Positions 24,952 through 38,103 are shown, counted from the stretch's first letter. The stretch: DNA of 64,000 bases from an uncultured Gemmatimonadaceae bacterium (GCA_963751275.1 CAVVTZ010000011.1:374925-438924), one strand, 5' to 3'. Translations and numbers: made by a program. Notes: generated from the sequence alone by a model not told the origin.

Positions 24952-25755
24952 TCAACCACGGTAGGCCACGAGCGCGAGCACGGCCGCGCCGAGCACGAGC
25001 CGGTAGAGGGCGAAGACACCGAAGCTGTTGCGCGTCACGAAGCGTAGCAGCACGGCGATCGCGAACCACCCGCTCACCGCCGCGGCGGTCACGCCCACGA
25101 GCAGCGGCATCGCGAGCGCGTGCTCGTGCAGCAGGTGCGGCACCTTGAACAGCGCCGCCGCGGCGATGATCGGCATGCTCATGAGGAAGCTGAAGGTCGC
25201 GGCGCTCTCGCGGTCGAGGTCGAGCGCGCGGCCGGCGGTGATCGTCGAGCCGGACCGGGATACGCCGGGGATGATCGCGAACATCTGCGCGGCGCCGATC
25301 AGCAGCGCGTCGCGGCCGCGGATGTCGCCGATCGTGCGCGTCTCGGGCGCCGCGCGGTCCACCACCCAGAGGATCACGCCCATCACCATCGTCGCGCCCG
25401 CGATCAACGCCGGCGCACGGAACGCGTGCTCGGCGTACTTGTCGAGGAAGACGCCCGCAATGCCGCCGGGGATCGTCGCGATGATCAGGAAGAGCACGCG
25501 GCGCTCTTCCGGCGTCACGATCTTCCGGGTGCGCACGATGTTCAGCGCGGCGCGCGCGAGCCGCATCCACTCGGCGCGGAAGTAGCCGAGGACGGCCACG
25601 AGCGTGCCGAGGTGGAGCGCGACGTCGAAGGAGAGTCCCGGCTCGGGCCAGCCGAAGACCCACGGCGCGAGCGCCAAATGCGCGGAGCTGCTGATCGGCA
25701 GGAACTCGGCGAGGCCTTGGAGAATGCCGAGGACGAAGGCCTGGAAGAGGGTCAT
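24952..25755 (-). CDS. uppP: Undecaprenyl-diphosphatase
   Basis: QGLAEFLPISSSAH, HLGT, PGVSRSGSTI, FALYR. Confidence 0.97.
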   Translation of the reverse strand: MTLFQAFVLGILQGLAEFLPISSSAHLALAPWVFGWPEPGLSFDVALHLGTLVAVLGYFRAEWMRLARAALNIVRTRKIVTPEERRVLFLIIATIPGGIAGVFLDKYAEHAFRAPALIAGATMVMGVILWVVDRAAPETRTIGDIRGRDALLIGAAQMFAIIPGVSRSGSTITAGRALDLDRESAATFSFLMSMPIIAAAALFKVPHLLHEHALAMPLLVGVTAAAVSGWFAIAVLLRFVTRNSFGVFALYRLVLGAAVLALVAYRG

Positions 25756-25785
25756 CGCGAGGGGAACGAGTGGGGCGGCAAGGAA

Positions 25786-26592
25786 TCAGATCCGAGCGAT
25801 CACGAACGCGAGCATCGTGCAGACCATCGCCGCCTTGAGCGCGCGGGGCGCACCGGGCAGCCCGCGCATCGAGCGCGCCGCGCCGATCGCCGTCAGCAGG
25901 AGCGCCGGCAGGATCAGCCATTCGAGCCGCGGCAGTGCGCGCGCGACGGGGATAATCTGCACCGCGAACGCGAGCGAGCGCGACGACGATCAGCGTTCGA
26001 GCCACCGGAAGGCCCCCACCGGATGGGGACAGTGCGTCTATGACCGGTGTCGCCGGGCATGTCATCAATGTCCTTCGCGATCTCGCGCGCGAAGTGCATT
26101 GGCGACGGCGATCGCGACCAGCACGAGACCCGCGGTCGGATTGCGCACAGCCCACGCACCGTATAGGAATGGCAGCGAGGCGAGGGCCGCGACGATGATG
26201 TTCCCCGGCAGCCCGTTCGCTTTGGATCGGACGTTGTACTCCAGGATGAGCCAGTAGACGGCGCAACTCACGAGAGCGAGCCAGGAGTTCACGAAGGCGC
26301 TGAGGAGACTTCCGAGCACGCCGCCGCCGATGCCGATCTTGAGGGCGACGACTGGGTCGACCCGCCCGGACGGTAATGGACGAGATGGATGCGCTCGCTG
26401 GTCGATCGCCCGATCGAATGCATCATTCATCGCGTTCGCACCGACCGTGAAGCAGATCGCCGCGAGCGCCGCGAAGGTCACCGGAACGGAATGCCCCCAC
26501 CCTGCCCACCACGCGCCCACGAACACGCCCGCCGCCGCGATGAGGCAGTTCTGCCAGCGCGCCAGCTCGAAGTACGCGCTAACCGAGGACAC
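25786..26592 (-). CDS. UbiA-family prenyltransferase, DGGGP-synthase-like (frameshifted)
   Basis: RWQNCLIAA, NDAFDRAIDQRAHPSRPLPSG, REIAKDIDDMPGD, C-terminal LKAAM. Confidence 0.75.
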
Positions 26593-27707
26593 CTTCGTAG
26601 AAGCGCTCGTATTGCGCGACGATCTCGTCCTGTCCGAAGCGCGCCCGCGCATCGGCCGCCGCGGCGGCGCTCATCGATTCCCACTTCGCGCGGTCTCCAA
26701 GGATCGCGACCGCGGCGGCCGCCATCCCTTCCACATCGCCCGCCGGCCGCAGCGAACCCGTCACGCCGTCGCGCACGACCTCGGGCAGTCCGCCCGCGTT
26801 CGAGCACACCACCGGCACGCCGCACGCGAGCGCCTCGAGCGCCGACAAGCCGAAGGATTCATTCTCGCTCGGCAGCAGGAAGAGGTCGGCGCTCGCGAGC
26901 AGCGGCGCCACGGCGTCGAGCTTGCCCAGGAAATACACGTGCTCGGCGACGCCGAGGTCGCGCGCCTCCTGCTCGGCGGCGCCGCGATCCGGACCGTCGC
27001 CCACCATCACGAGCGCGGAGGGCAGCTCGCGCTGCACGCGCGCGAAGATCCGCACGATGTCGCGCACGCGCTTCACCGGCCGGAAGTTCGACACGTGGAT
27101 CATGATCTTCCGCTTGTTGCCGACCTGCTCGCGGAGCAGCGGCGGATAGAGTGCGCGGTCGTAGACGGCCGGATCGACGAAGTTCGGGATCACCTCCACC
27201 GCGCACGTCGAGCAGCCGAACGCCGTGTACGTCTCCTTGCGCAGATACTCGGACACCGCGGAGAGTCCGTCCGACCGCTCGATGGAGAACTTCGTGATCG
27301 GTTGGAAGGAGGGGTCCTGCCCCACGAGCGTGATGTCGGTGCCGTGGAGCGTCGTGATGATGCGCACGCTCTGGTCCTGGTCCTCGAGCATCTCGCGCGC
27401 GATCCACGCGCTGGTCGCGTGCGGGATCGCGTAGTGCGCGTGGATCAGCTGCAGCCCGTGGTCGCGCACCACCTCGTGCATCCGCACCGCGAGCGCGAGG
27501 TCGTACGGCGGATACTCGAAGAGCGGGTAGCGCAGCACGTCCACTTCGTGGAAGAACACGCGCGGCAGGAAGCGACGGCAGCCGGAAGGGCTGCTTGTAC
27601 GTGATGAAGTGCACTTCGTGGCCGCGCGCCGCGAGCGCGATGCCCAGCTCGGTCGCGACGGCACCGGAGCCGCCGTAGGTCGGATAACAGGTGATGGCGA
27701 GCTTCAC
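26579..27707 (-). CDS. bshA: N-acetyl-alpha-D-glucosaminyl L-malate synthase (frameshift ~27578)
   Basis: [53 protein letters not shown]. Confidence 0.93.
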
Positions 27708-28637
27708 GCGCTGGATCCTCCTGTATCGTTCGCATCCCACCAGGCCAGCGCGCGCTCGAGCACATCCTCGCTGCGCGGGTCGATCCGGGTGACATCCTGG
27801 TCCGCGATCTGATGCCGGAACCAGGTGCGCTGCCGCTTCGCGTACTGCCGCGTGGCGATGGTCACGAGCGCCATCGCTTCCTCGGCGTCGATCGCGCCCG
27901 CGGGCCACGTCACGAATCACCGCATAGCCCGTCGCGTTCCAGGCGGGCGCGTCCTCGGGCACGTGCTCCAGCAGCGCCGCGACCTCGTCCACCCAGCCGC
28001 GCTCGAACATCCCCTCCACGCGGTCCGCGATCCAGTCGCGCAGCACGACGCCGGGATCCAGGACAAGATACCGCGCCGGGACGGCGTTCGCCCCGGCGCC
28101 GCTCTCGCCATGCCATTCGGAGATCGGCTTGCCCGTGAGCGTCGCGACCTCGATCGCGCGGAGCAGCTGCGCTCGCCCGAGGTGGGCGCGCGCCGGGTCG
28201 AGCTGCTCGACGCGGCGCCGCAGTTCGGCGGTGCCGAGTTTGGCCAACTCGCCGGCGAGCACGGCGCGCGCCTCGGGATCCAGCGGCGGCTCCTCGAAGA
28301 GCGGCGCCGCGAGCGCCCGCACGTAGAAGCCGGTGCCGCCCACCACCACCGGCGTGCGGACGGCCGCCTCGCTCTCCGCGATCCAATCGCGCGCCGCCGC
28401 GGCCCAGGCGGCCGCCGAGAATCGCTCGGCGGGATCCACGATGTCGATCCCGCGGTGCGGGATGAGTGTCATCTCTTCGGCGGTCGGCTTCGCGGTGCCG
28501 ATGTCGAATCCGCGGTAGATCTGCCGCGAATCGGCGCTGAGGACCGTGATGTCGCGATGCGCCGCGATCGCCACCGCGAGCGCGGACTTCCCCGCCCCGG
28601 TCGGGCCGCAGATGATGCGCAGCTTACTGCCGGCCAA
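27704..28637 (-). CDS. miaA: tRNA dimethylallyltransferase (frameshift ~27910)
   Basis: [40 protein letters not shown]. Confidence 0.95.
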
Positions 28638-30361
28638 AGCGACGCTCGAGTTCGTCCCAGCCGAGCTGCACGATCGTCGAGCGGCCGTGCACGTCGTGCG
28701 CCGGAAGCGTCGGTGGCGGCAAGCGACGCGTAGAGCGCGCGCATCTCCGGAGGGCGCGAGCTCGTCGCCCGCCTTGATCGCGGCCTTGCAGGCGATGGTC
28801 GCGGCGAGCCGCTCGTGCCGCGCGAGACCCGACGCGGAGCGGTCGCCCGTGAGCGCGGCGAGCGTGTCGCGCAGGCAGCGCTCGGCGTCGAACCGCGGGT
28901 GCGGCATCGGCACCGCGTTCACGATGAGCGTGTGCCCGCCGAAGCCCTCGATCTCGAAGCCGAGCTTCTCGAACAGTCTCGCGATTCTCCTCGAAGGCTT
29001 CGCCCTCGGCCGGGCCGAGATGCAGCGTGAGCGGAAAGAGCAGCCGCTGCGACGGCTCGTCGCCCGCTCTGGAGCACGTGCATGAACTGCTCGTACAGCA
29101 CGCGCTCGTGCGCGGAGTGCTGGTCGATCAGCAGCACGCCGCCGTCGATCTCGCAGAGGAGATAGGTGCGGCGGAGCTGCGTGAGCGGCGGCACCTCGAT
29201 CGCGGCCGGCGCCGGCGGTGCGGCCTCGGCGGGATCCGCCGTCACATCGAACGCGCCGAGCGAAGCCGGGTTCGTCGGCCGGCAGCGCACGCAGTGCCTC
29301 GACATGACCACCGGCGCGCCGGCGCCGAACGCGGGTGCGGCCCACGAGCGCGCGCCGAACGCCGCCGCGCTCTCGGCGACGCCGAGCGCGCGGCGCACCG
29401 CGTGCTCGACGGCGCGCTCCACCGGCCAGCGCTCGCGGAAGCGCACCTCGGCCTTGGCGGGATGCACGTTCACGTCGACGTCGGTCCGCCGGAATGACGA
29501 GTTCGAGCACGAGCGAGGGCCGCGTCCCGGCGGGGATCGTCGAGCGGTAGCCGCCTCCGCGGCGCGCACGAGGCCGCGCGTCGCGGATCGGCACGGCCGT
29601 TCACCGAGAGGAAGACGCGGCGCCCCGCGGTGCCGACGTCGCCCGGCCGCTCGACGAGCCGCTCACGCGCACCGGGCCGCTCACATCGTCGACCTCCACG
29701 AGGCGCTCCGCGAACTTCGCGCCCCAGAGCGCCGCGACGCGCGCGCGCAGCGACGGCGCCGGCGGGGAGCGCGAGCACCGTCTCGCCGTCGCGCACCACG
29801 GTGAGCCGCACATCGCGCCGCGAGAGCGCGAGCGTGGTGACGATCGTCGGCGATGCCGCGCGACTCGGAACGCGCGGAGCGCAGGAACTTCGTGCGAGCG
29901 GGCGTATTGAAGAAGAGGCGCGAGACCGTGACCGTGGTGCCGCGGCGGCGCGCCGCATCGGCCACCGGCCCCACCGCGCCGCCCACCGAGCGCAGCGCGG
30001 TGCCGGCGCCGTCGGCGGTCGCCGTCTCGAGCTCCAGCTCCGCCACCGAGGCGATGGCCGGCAGCGCTTCGCCGCGGAATCCGAAGCTCCCCACGCCCGA
30101 CGAGATCGCGGTCGCGCGGATCTTGGACGTCGCGTGCCGCTGCAGCGCGAGCAGCGCGTCGGCGCGCTCCATGCCGCATCCGTCGTCCGCCACGCGGATG
30201 CGCGCGCGCCCGCCCTCGTCGATCGCGATCTCGATCGCGGTGGCGCCGGCGTCGAGCGCGTTCTCCACGAGCTCCTTCACCACGGACGCGGGACGCTCGA
30301 CCACTTCGCCGGCGGCGATCTGATCGATCACGGCGCTCGGCAGCACGGCAATGCGGGGCAT
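28624..30361 (-). CDS. mutL: DNA mismatch repair protein MutL (multiply frameshifted)
   Basis: [58 protein letters not shown]. Confidence 0.95.
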
Positions 30362-30392
30362 GAGCAAAGCTACCGGGCGCGACGCTGCGAAA

Positions 30393-32485
30393 TCAATCGC
30401 CCGCGAGCGGGAGGAGCGCCTCGCGCGGCACCCAGCCGTCGCGGTCGCGGTCGACGCGCACGTTCTCCCACACGCCATCGCGCGCGACGATGCGCACGGT
30501 CTCGCCCAGATGGAGCACGGAGGCGCGTTCCCCGCCGAGCGCGGGCAGGATGCGCAGCGGCACGTCGTGCCGCGCCACGGAGAGCCCGGCCGTCGAGAGC
30601 CGCCCCTCGAGGAAGAGGCCCGCGCATCCGCAGAGGATGGCGGCGCCGAGCGCGGTGAGTGCGATCGATGCGCCGGCGAGCGGCTCGCGGCGGCGGAGGC
30701 GCAGGCGAGGGCCACCCAGCTCGCGGCCCAGAGCAGCGAGGCGATGAGGATCACGGGCAGCGGCGGGATGGGTGGCACCGCGCCCGGCGACGACGCCGAT
30801 GCCGGCGCCGTGATGTCGAGGCGCTCGCGCACGTCGGCGGCGAGCGGCTCGAGGCGCAGCGCGCGCTGCCAGCCGCGCACGGCGTTCGCGGTGTCGCCGG
30901 CGGCGAACGACGCAGTGCCGAAGTTCGCCCACGCGTCGGCGGCGCGCGGCTGCGAGTCGGCCAGCGCGCCGAAGTCGGCGGCGGCGTTCGCGTAGTGGTG
31001 GTCGTCATAGGCCGACACGCCGGCGGCGAACTGTGCGTCCGCATCCGGGAGCTCGCCGGCGGCGAGCGCACGGGCGCCGGCGAGCAGGCAGAGGGCGAGG
31101 ATCAACACCGTGGCGGGCGCGCGCCAGCGCCGCGCCTCGGCATCGATGGCGGCGTAGAGCTTGAGCGCGCGCGGGCCGGCGCCGCGCACCGGTTCGCCAC
31201 GGAAGGCGAACGCGGCGGTGTTCAGTTCGGCGATGAACGCGGCGGCCGATGCCGCGGTCGCGCCCGAAGTGCCGGCGCGTCGCGCGGCGCGCCGGATCGC
31301 CTCCGGTTCGGCGAGCGCACTGGCCGGCGCGCGGAGCCGCCGGCCCACCGCGTCGAGGAAAGCGCGGCGCAACGCACTCAGGTCGGCGCCGTCGGGGCGG
31401 CGCGCCAGCTCGCGCAGTATCTCCTCGGGCGCGCGGCGCTTTCTGCTGCGCCGCTCCCGCTTCGGCCGGTGCGCGATCGCGAACGCGATCGCGGGCGCGG
31501 GCAGCAGGACGATGAGCATGATGTACGGCGCCGTGAGATAGATCGGCACCGGCAACTCGCCGCGGAACTCCGTGCGCACCGTCCACGCCGGCGGGCGCGC
31601 GATGGCGGCGCTGTCGATCACGGCGAGCCCACCGGGGGCGATCATGACGGGGATCGCGCCGGTGAGCGCCACGTCATAGCGCTTCCGGTACGGATCGAAA
31701 TAGGGATAGCGCACCGGCGCGAGCGCCTGCCGGCCGGCGCGAGTCGGCGTGATCTCCCAATCGAACTCCTTCGTGCCGCGGATCGTGATCGAATCCGGGG
31801 AGAGCGTGACGCGCTCGCCGGCCGGGATCGCGCTCGCCCACGGAATGTCGAGCGCCGGGCGCGGGAAGAGCTTCACGTTGCCCACGCCGATCACGCGCAC
31901 CGTGAGATGGATGACGTCGCCCACGCGGGCCGCCGTGGTATCCATTCGCGCATCCACGCGCAGCACGCCCACGGCGCCGGCCCAGTCCGCGGGGCGGCCG
32001 GCGGCGGGCGGATCGATCGCAATGAGCACTGCGCTGTCGCTGCGCAGCTCGAAGCTCTCCTCGCGGCTGAAGAAACTATAGGAGAGCGGCATGGCGTACA
32101 CGAGTCGCGCGGGCGCCACCGCGTAGCGCCCCGGCGCGAGCGGGAAGATCGCGCGCAGGCTCACGTGCGCCTCGTAGCGGCGCCGGCCCACCGGCGGCAT
32201 CGGGAAGCCGCTCATCGTCGCGGGCGGTTCGTACGCCATCACGCCGCGCAACTCCGGCGGGATCTCCTCCATGCGGCGCAGCCGGTCGCGCACCGACTCA
32301 TCGACGAACGCGCCGAACTCGTAGGTCGCCTGCTGGCCGACGTACACGGTGTCGGGCTCGATCACGGTGCGGAAGTTGACGACCTGCGCCGTGTCGAGCG
32401 GCGCGCGCACCACCGCCGCCGGCTTGCGCGCGGTATCACGCGCGGCGCCACCGAATAGCGCGAGCGCGAGGAGCAGCGCGCTCAC
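30393..32485 (-). CDS. BatD-like domain fused to TPR and SH3 (BatE-like); frameshift ~30690
   Basis: Signal peptide; VYVGQQ, GAVG.L, G.GN, YFDP BatD motifs; [20 protein letters not shown]3 end DGWVP. Confidence 0.75.
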
Positions 32486-34146
32486 CAGTCCTTGCCTCCC
32501 GGCGGACGGTCCGGCGCATTCTGCTTCTGCTTCTTCGCCTGCGCTTCCTGCTCCTCGCGCTGCGCGCTGTTCAGCAGCGCCTGCGCCTGCCGCGGATCGA
32601 TCTGCTGGCTCGGCTTCGGCGGACCGCCGCTCGGCCGCTGTCCGCCGCCATTCGACTTGCGCTCGTTGTTCGACAGTTCATAGTTCCATTTCGCGTCCTG
32701 GTCGCCCGGGCGCAGCCGCAGCGCGCGGCGATAGGCGGAGGTCGCGGCCGCGTACGCCTGCGACGCCTCCTCCGGCCCCTTCGAGGCGCGCGCCGCGTAC
32801 AGATAGACGAGGCCGAGGTTGTACAGCGCCTGGTAGCGCAGATCGAGGTCCTTCGACTCCGACGCCGCGCGCTCGAGCGCCGCGGCCGCCTCGTCGCCGA
32901 GGCCCACCTGCCCCGACTGGCCGGCCGCGAGCAGCGCGGTGCCGAGATTGTACTCGAGCCGCGGCGACGGCGTGCCACTCTGGATGGCGTGCGCGTACGC
33001 GTCCGCGGCCTCGTGATAGAGCCCCGCGGCGTAGAGCTGGTCGCCGGTACGCGATTGCGCGGATGCGGCAGACGGCAGCAATGCGAGCAGGACGAGAGAC
33101 GCCACGACGGTGGACGAAGCCGCCGCCGTCGGGCGGCGGCGCCCGCGCCGCTCCGCGAGCATCGTGTCGAACAGCGCGAGCAGCACCGCCGGGATCAGGA
33201 AGAGCTGGAAGCGCGCGCGGCGGTCGGTCGCGCGCTGCGCCTCGCGCGCCGTCGCGCGCAGCGCGGTGAGGGCCTGCTTCACGCGCGCCGCTTTGTCGGT
33301 GGCTTGCGCCGGGATGAAGGTGCCCTGATCGCCCGCGAGCGCCTGCAGCGTCGCGGGCGTGTACCGGGTGACCACGACCTTGCCCTCGAAATCGCGCTTG
33401 GCCGTCGTCGTGCCGCCGGGGACCGGGATCGGGATCGTCGCGCCCGCCTCGCGTCCGAAACCGACGGTGATCACCCGGATGTCGGCTTTCTCGGCGCGGC
33501 GCGCCGCGGCCTGGATCTCGTCATCGCCATCGAACGCTTCGCCGTCGCTCATCACGATGAGCGCCTTGTCGCTCGCGCCCGGCGTGGCGAGCAGCAGCTC
33601 GGTGCCCATGTCGATCGCGCGGCCGATGGAGCTGCCGGCCTGCCCCACCACCGATGGGTCGAGGTTGTCGATGAACAATTCGAGCGCACCGTGATCCACC
33701 GTGAGCGGCGACAGCACGTAGCTGCGCCCCGCGAAGGCGATGAGCCCGATGCGATCGCCGCCGGAGAGCGCGAGGAAGCGGCGCGCTTCCTCCTTCATGC
33801 GCTCCAGCCGATTGGGGCGCTCGTCCTCGGCCATCATCGAGAGCGATGCATCGAGCACGAGCACCACGTCCACCCCCGTCGCGCGCTGCACGGTGGTCTC
33901 CATGCCCCAGCGCGGACCCGCGTACGCGACGGCGCCGCACGCCGCGGCGAGGCCGAGCAGCACGATGCGCGGCCACGGCGCGTTCATCGCGGCGGGCGGC
34001 AGCAGGCGCGCGATGACCGAGCCGCTGCCCAGCCGCGCGAGCCGGCTCGCGCGCCGGCGGAACGCGAGCCAGAGGAGCAACCCAATGCCGAGCGCGAACG
34101 CCGGCGCCGCGAAGAGCGCCCACGGATATTCGACGATCGTGCTCAC
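32482..34146 (-). CDS. vWA protein (BatB-like) with C-terminal TPR (BatC-like)
   Basis: [26 protein letters not shown] TPRs, [11 protein letters not shown] end. Confidence 0.85.
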   Translation of the reverse strand: MSTIVEYPWALFAAPAFALGIGLLLWLAFRRRASRLARLGSGSVIARLLPPAAMNAPWPRIVLLGLAAACGAVAYAGPRWGMETTVQRATGVDVVLVLDASLSMMAEDERPNRLERMKEEARRFLALSGGDRIGLIAFAGRSYVLSPLTVDHGALELFIDNLDPSVVGQAGSSIGRAIDMGTELLLATPGASDKALIVMSDGEAFDGDDEIQAAARRAEKADIRVITVGFGREAGATIPIPVPGGTTTAKRDFEGKVVVTRYTPATLQALAGDQGTFIPAQATDKAARVKQALTALRATAREAQRATDRRARFQLFLIPAVLLALFDTMLAERRGRRRPTAAASSTVVASLVLLALLPSAASAQSRTGDQLYAAGLYHEAADAYAHAIQSGTPSPRLEYNLGTALLAAGQSGQVGLGDEAAAALERAASESKDLDLRYQALYNLGLVYLYAARASKGPEEASQAYAAATSAYRRALRLRPGDQDAKWNYELSNNERKSNGGGQRPSGGPPKPSQQIDPRQAQALLNSAQREEQEAQAKKQKQNAPDRPPGGKDW

Positions 34147-35139
34147 GGCAGCGGCCCCCGCCAGAACAGGAGGAGCACCTCGAGCGACAACGCGAGCAAT
34201 GCCGCGCCGAGCGGCCAATGGTACTCCTCGGCGAAATGCACGTACGTGCGCGCGCGCACCGGTTCGCGCTCGAGCAGGTCGATCTGCTGGTAGATGTGCT
34301 CGAGCGCCGCGCCATCCACTCGCGCGGAAGTAGCGCCCGCCCGTGGTGCGCGCCACATCGCGCAGCAGGTCCTCATCGATCTCCACCGGCCGGTACTCGT
34401 AGCGAATGCCCATGAGCCCCTTGCCCACGGGCACGGGCGCCATCCCCTGCGTACCGGCGCCGATCGTGTAGATCTTCACGCCCATCGCCGCGGCCGCCTG
34501 CGCGGCGGTGCGCGGATCGATCGCGCCGCGGTTGTTCTCGCCGTCGGTGAGCAGGATGAGCACCTTGCTCCGGCCGGGCGCATCGCGCAGACGGTTCGTG
34601 GCCGTCGCGATCGCCGTGCCGATGGCCGTGCCGTCGTCGAGCTGTCCGGACTGGAGATTGTCGACCGCTGTGAGCAGCACGGGATAGTCCACCGTGAGCG
34701 GCACCTGCGTGAGCGCTTCGCTCGCGAAGGCGACGATGCCGATCCGGTCGCTGTGTCGGCCCAGGATGAACTGCTTCACGCGATCCTTCACGACCTCCAG
34801 CCGGTTCTGCGGCTGGAAATCCTCCGACAGCATGGAACTCGAGAGATCGATCGCGAGGACGATGTTGATGCCTTCGGTGGTGATCGGCTCCGCGCGCGAA
34901 CCCGTGCGCGGGCGCGCGAGCGCGATGATCAGGCCGGCGAGGAGGAGGTTGCGCAGCACGAAGAGCACACGCGAGACGGCGCGCCCCGCGTGCGGCAGCC
35001 GGCCGAGCACGTCGGCGCGCGAGAAGACGATCGCGGGCGGCCGGCGCGAGCGGCGCGCGAACCACCACGCCGGCAGGAGCAGCAGCAGCGCGAGCGCCCA
35101 GGGCGACCCGAAGAAGAAATCGGGAAGGAACGGGATCAT
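34143..35139 (-). CDS. batA: vWA protein BatA-like (frameshift ~34315)
   Basis: ALARPR, IDLSSSM MIDAS, GTAIG, LLTDGENN, TGGRYFRA. Confidence 0.88.
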
Positions 35140-36059
35140 GCGACCTTCTTCGGCGACGCCGCCGCCGGCACGATCACATCGCGCGCGAACGCGTCGTCGG
35201 AGAGCGTGAGCAGCGTCTTCACCTCGCGCGCGACCTCCTTCGCCCGCACGACGCTCACCGGCCGGCGCGCGAACTGCACCTGATCGGCCTCCTCGAGCAC
35301 GGCGGCCACGCGGTTCAGCGGCAGGGCGCGGCCGAGCAGCGCGGCGACGAGTTCGGACGTCGTCTGCGAACGGGAGACGACCTGCACCCGGCTGCTGAGA
35401 TAGCCGCGCAGGATGTGCGCGTGCAGCGCGACGTAGCGGCTCGGCTCGCCGGCTTCGAGCAGGCCGAGCGCCTCCACGCGGGCGAGCGCCGCTTCGGCGA
35501 CGCTCAGCGGCGACGGGGGCGGCGCGGCGGCGCGGCGCCGGCGATGGCGGCGCCACAGGAGCGCGATCACACCGAGCGCAAGCGCCGCCACGAGCGCCCA
35601 CGGCCACCACACGAGCGGCGACTTGAGCACGCCGAGCGCCGGCTTGGGCACGCGCAGCGACGTGTCCGCCGGCAGCACCGAGAGCACGAAGACGCCCGGA
35701 TGCGCCTCGACCTTCTGCGCATCGGCGCCGGCCCCGATCTGCACGGGCACCGTGAGCGACTGCGCGCCCGTCTGCCATGCCTGCAAGCGGTAGACGGCGA
35801 CGCGGGTCGGCGCGCCGGTGCTGTCGACGTCGAACTTCACGACGGGCGGATCGACCGCCTCGAGCGGCTGCGCGGTGTCGGGGCCGGCGGGGAACGCGAT
35901 GACCGAACGGAGCGGCGCGTGGACCGTGATCGTCACGTTGAACGGCTCGGCGACCGTCACGGTCTCGGGGCTCACGCTCCACGAGATGGCGGGCGCCGGC
36001 GCGGGCGCGGGTACCGGCGCGGCCGCCTGCAGCAGCGCGAACACCACCGCGGCGATCAT
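35136..36059 (-). CDS. Bat-operon membrane-anchored hypothetical protein
   Basis: Signal peptide, beta-rich domain, TM, QTTSEL..ADQVQFA; conserved slot between DUF58 and BatA. Confidence 0.7.
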   Translation of the reverse strand: MIAAVVFALLQAAAPVPAPAPAPAISWSVSPETVTVAEPFNVTITVHAPLRSVIAFPAGPDTAQPLEAVDPPVVKFDVDSTGAPTRVAVYRLQAWQTGAQSLTVPVQIGAGADAQKVEAHPGVFVLSVLPADTSLRVPKPALGVLKSPLVWWPWALVAALALGVIALLWRRHRRRRAAAPPPSPLSVAEAALARVEALGLLEAGEPSRYVALHAHILRGYLSSRVQVVSRSQTTSELVAALLGRALPLNRVAAVLEEADQVQFARRPVSVVRAKEVAREVKTLLTLSDDAFARDVIVPAAASPKKVA

Positions 36060-37057
36060 CGGCGGCGGCGCCTGGTCTCGCGCAGGCGGAAGAAGCGGAG
36101 CAGCGGATCGACGTACCGCTGGTCCGTGCGCACGGCGACTTCGTCGATCGCGAGGCGGCGCAGCAACTGCGTGCGCGCCTCGACCTCCGCCTGCATCTGG
36201 TCGCGATACTTGCGGCGGATGACCGGATTCCCGGTGTCGACATCCACCACCGCGCCCGTCTCCGGATCCGTGAAGCGCGCGAGCCCGATGTCGGGCAGGT
36301 CGCGCTCGCGCGGGTCGGTGATGGTGACCGCCACCACGTCGTGCCGCTGCGCGAGGATCTTGAGCGGCCGCTCGAGGCCGGTCGCGACGAAATCGGAGAT
36401 CAGGAAGATGATCGCGCGGTGCGGCAGCATCTTCGCGAGGTAGTCGATCGCGGCGGGGATGTCCGTTCCCTTCCCCTCCGGCTCGTGCACGAGCACGTCG
36501 CGAATGAGACGCAGCACGTGACGGCGCCCCTTCCCCGGCGGCACGACGTGCTCCACGCGGTCGGTGAAGAGCAGCGCGCCCACGCGATCGTTGTTGCGGA
36601 TGGCCGACATCGCGAGCACCGCGCCGATCTCCGTCGCCAGCTCGCTCTTGAAGCGCTGCGCCGTGCCGAAGCGCTCCGAACCCGAATGGTCCACGGCAAG
36701 CATCACGGTGAGCTCGCGCTCTTCCACGAAGCGCTTCACGAACGGATGCCCCATGCGGGCCGTCACGTTCCAGTCGATCGTGCGCACCTCGTCGCCGTCC
36801 GAGTATTCGCGGACCTCGGCGAATTCCATGCCCTGTCCCTTGAACACGGAGTGGTATTCGCCGGTGAAGAGCGCATTGACGAGCCCGCGCGTGCGCAGCT
36901 CGACCAGGCGCACCTGGCGCAGCACGTCGGCGGGCACCACCACCGTCCGGCGCTGGCGCGCGCCCGCGTGCTCGCGCACGGCCGCCGCCTGAACGGCCGC
37001 CTGATGACCGGTCGCCCGCTTCGCGAGCGGCCGCGGGCCGGTCACCGGCTCCGCCAT
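36056..37057 (-). CDS. DUF58 protein
   Basis: [40 protein letters not shown]. Confidence 0.92.
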   Translation of the reverse strand: MAEPVTGPRPLAKRATGHQAAVQAAAVREHAGARQRRTVVVPADVLRQVRLVELRTRGLVNALFTGEYHSVFKGQGMEFAEVREYSDGDEVRTIDWNVTARMGHPFVKRFVEERELTVMLAVDHSGSERFGTAQRFKSELATEIGAVLAMSAIRNNDRVGALLFTDRVEHVVPPGKGRRHVLRLIRDVLVHEPEGKGTDIPAAIDYLAKMLPHRAIIFLISDFVATGLERPLKILAQRHDVVAVTITDPRERDLPDIGLARFTDPETGAVVDVDTGNPVIRRKYRDQMQAEVEARTQLLRRLAIDEVAVRTDQRYVDPLLRFFRLRETRRRRR

Positions 37058-38037
37058 CAGGGGCTCTCGACCGCCGCGAGGACGCGCGCCACGACGTCGT
37101 CGCTCGTCACCTCCTCCGCCTCCGCCTCGTACGTGGTGAGCACGCGGTGGCGGAGCACGTCGGGCGCGATCGACTTCACGTCGTCGGGCGTGACGAAGTC
37201 GCGGCCGCGCAGGAAGGCGAGCGCGCGCGCCGCCTGCGCGAGGACGATCGTGGCGCGCGGACTCGCGCCGTACTCGATCGAGCGGCGCGAGGTCGTCGAG
37301 CCCCGCCGCCGCCGGCTCGCGCGTGGCGTGCACGATGTCCACGATGTAATCCACGACGCGCGTCGTCGAGATAGATCTCGGTGATGCGCCGCGCGCCTCG
37401 AGGATCGCCGCCGGCGACGCGACGGCGTCCACCGCGATCGTCGCGCCGCCCGCCATCCGGCGCATGATCTCCTTCTCCTCGGTGCGCGTCGGATAGCCGA
37501 CGCGCATCTTCAGCATGAAGCGGTCGACCTGCGCCTCGGGCAGCGGGTACGTGCCCTCCTGCTCGATCGGGTTCTGCGTCGCGAGCACGAGGAACGGCTC
37601 GGTGCAGCGGATAGTGTCGTGCCGCCGAGCGTGACCTGCTTCTCCTGCATCGCCTCGAGCAGCGCGGACTGCACCTTCGCCGGCGCGCGGTTGATCTCGT
37701 CGGCCAGGATGATGTTCGCGAAGATCGGGCCCTTCTTCACGCGGAACTGCGCGGTGGCCGGATCGAAGACCTGCGTGCCGAGCACGTCGGCCGGCAGCAG
37801 GTCGGGCGTGAACTGGATGCGGTGGAAGCTCGTCTGGATCGCTTCCGCGAGCGTCTTCACGGTGAGCGTCTTCGCGAGGCCCGGCACGCCCTCGAGCAGC
37901 ACATGGCCGCCGGCGAGCAGGCCGACGAGCAGCCGCTCGACCATGTCGTCCTGGCCGACGACGCGCTTCGCCACCTGCTCGAGGATCGCCTGCACCAGCG
38001 CCGTGTCCACCGTGGGAGTGCTTGCCCGTGTCGCCAC
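37057..38037 (-). CDS. moxR: MoxR-family AAA+ ATPase (frameshifted)
   Basis: [57 protein letters not shown]. Confidence 0.95.
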
Positions 38038-38103
38038 GCGATCGCTCCGGAGTGCTCGGGAATACGTGAATGATGCGGGGCGCCGCGCGCCCCGGGGAGT
38101 GGC

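Noticed and set aside
26859..36243. Very long ORFs (911, 934 and 1253 aa) suggesting giant fusions such as BatD-MutL or MutL-MiaA-BshA
   Set aside because: Chimeras of separate genes produced by frameshifts and the scarcity of stops in GC-rich DNA
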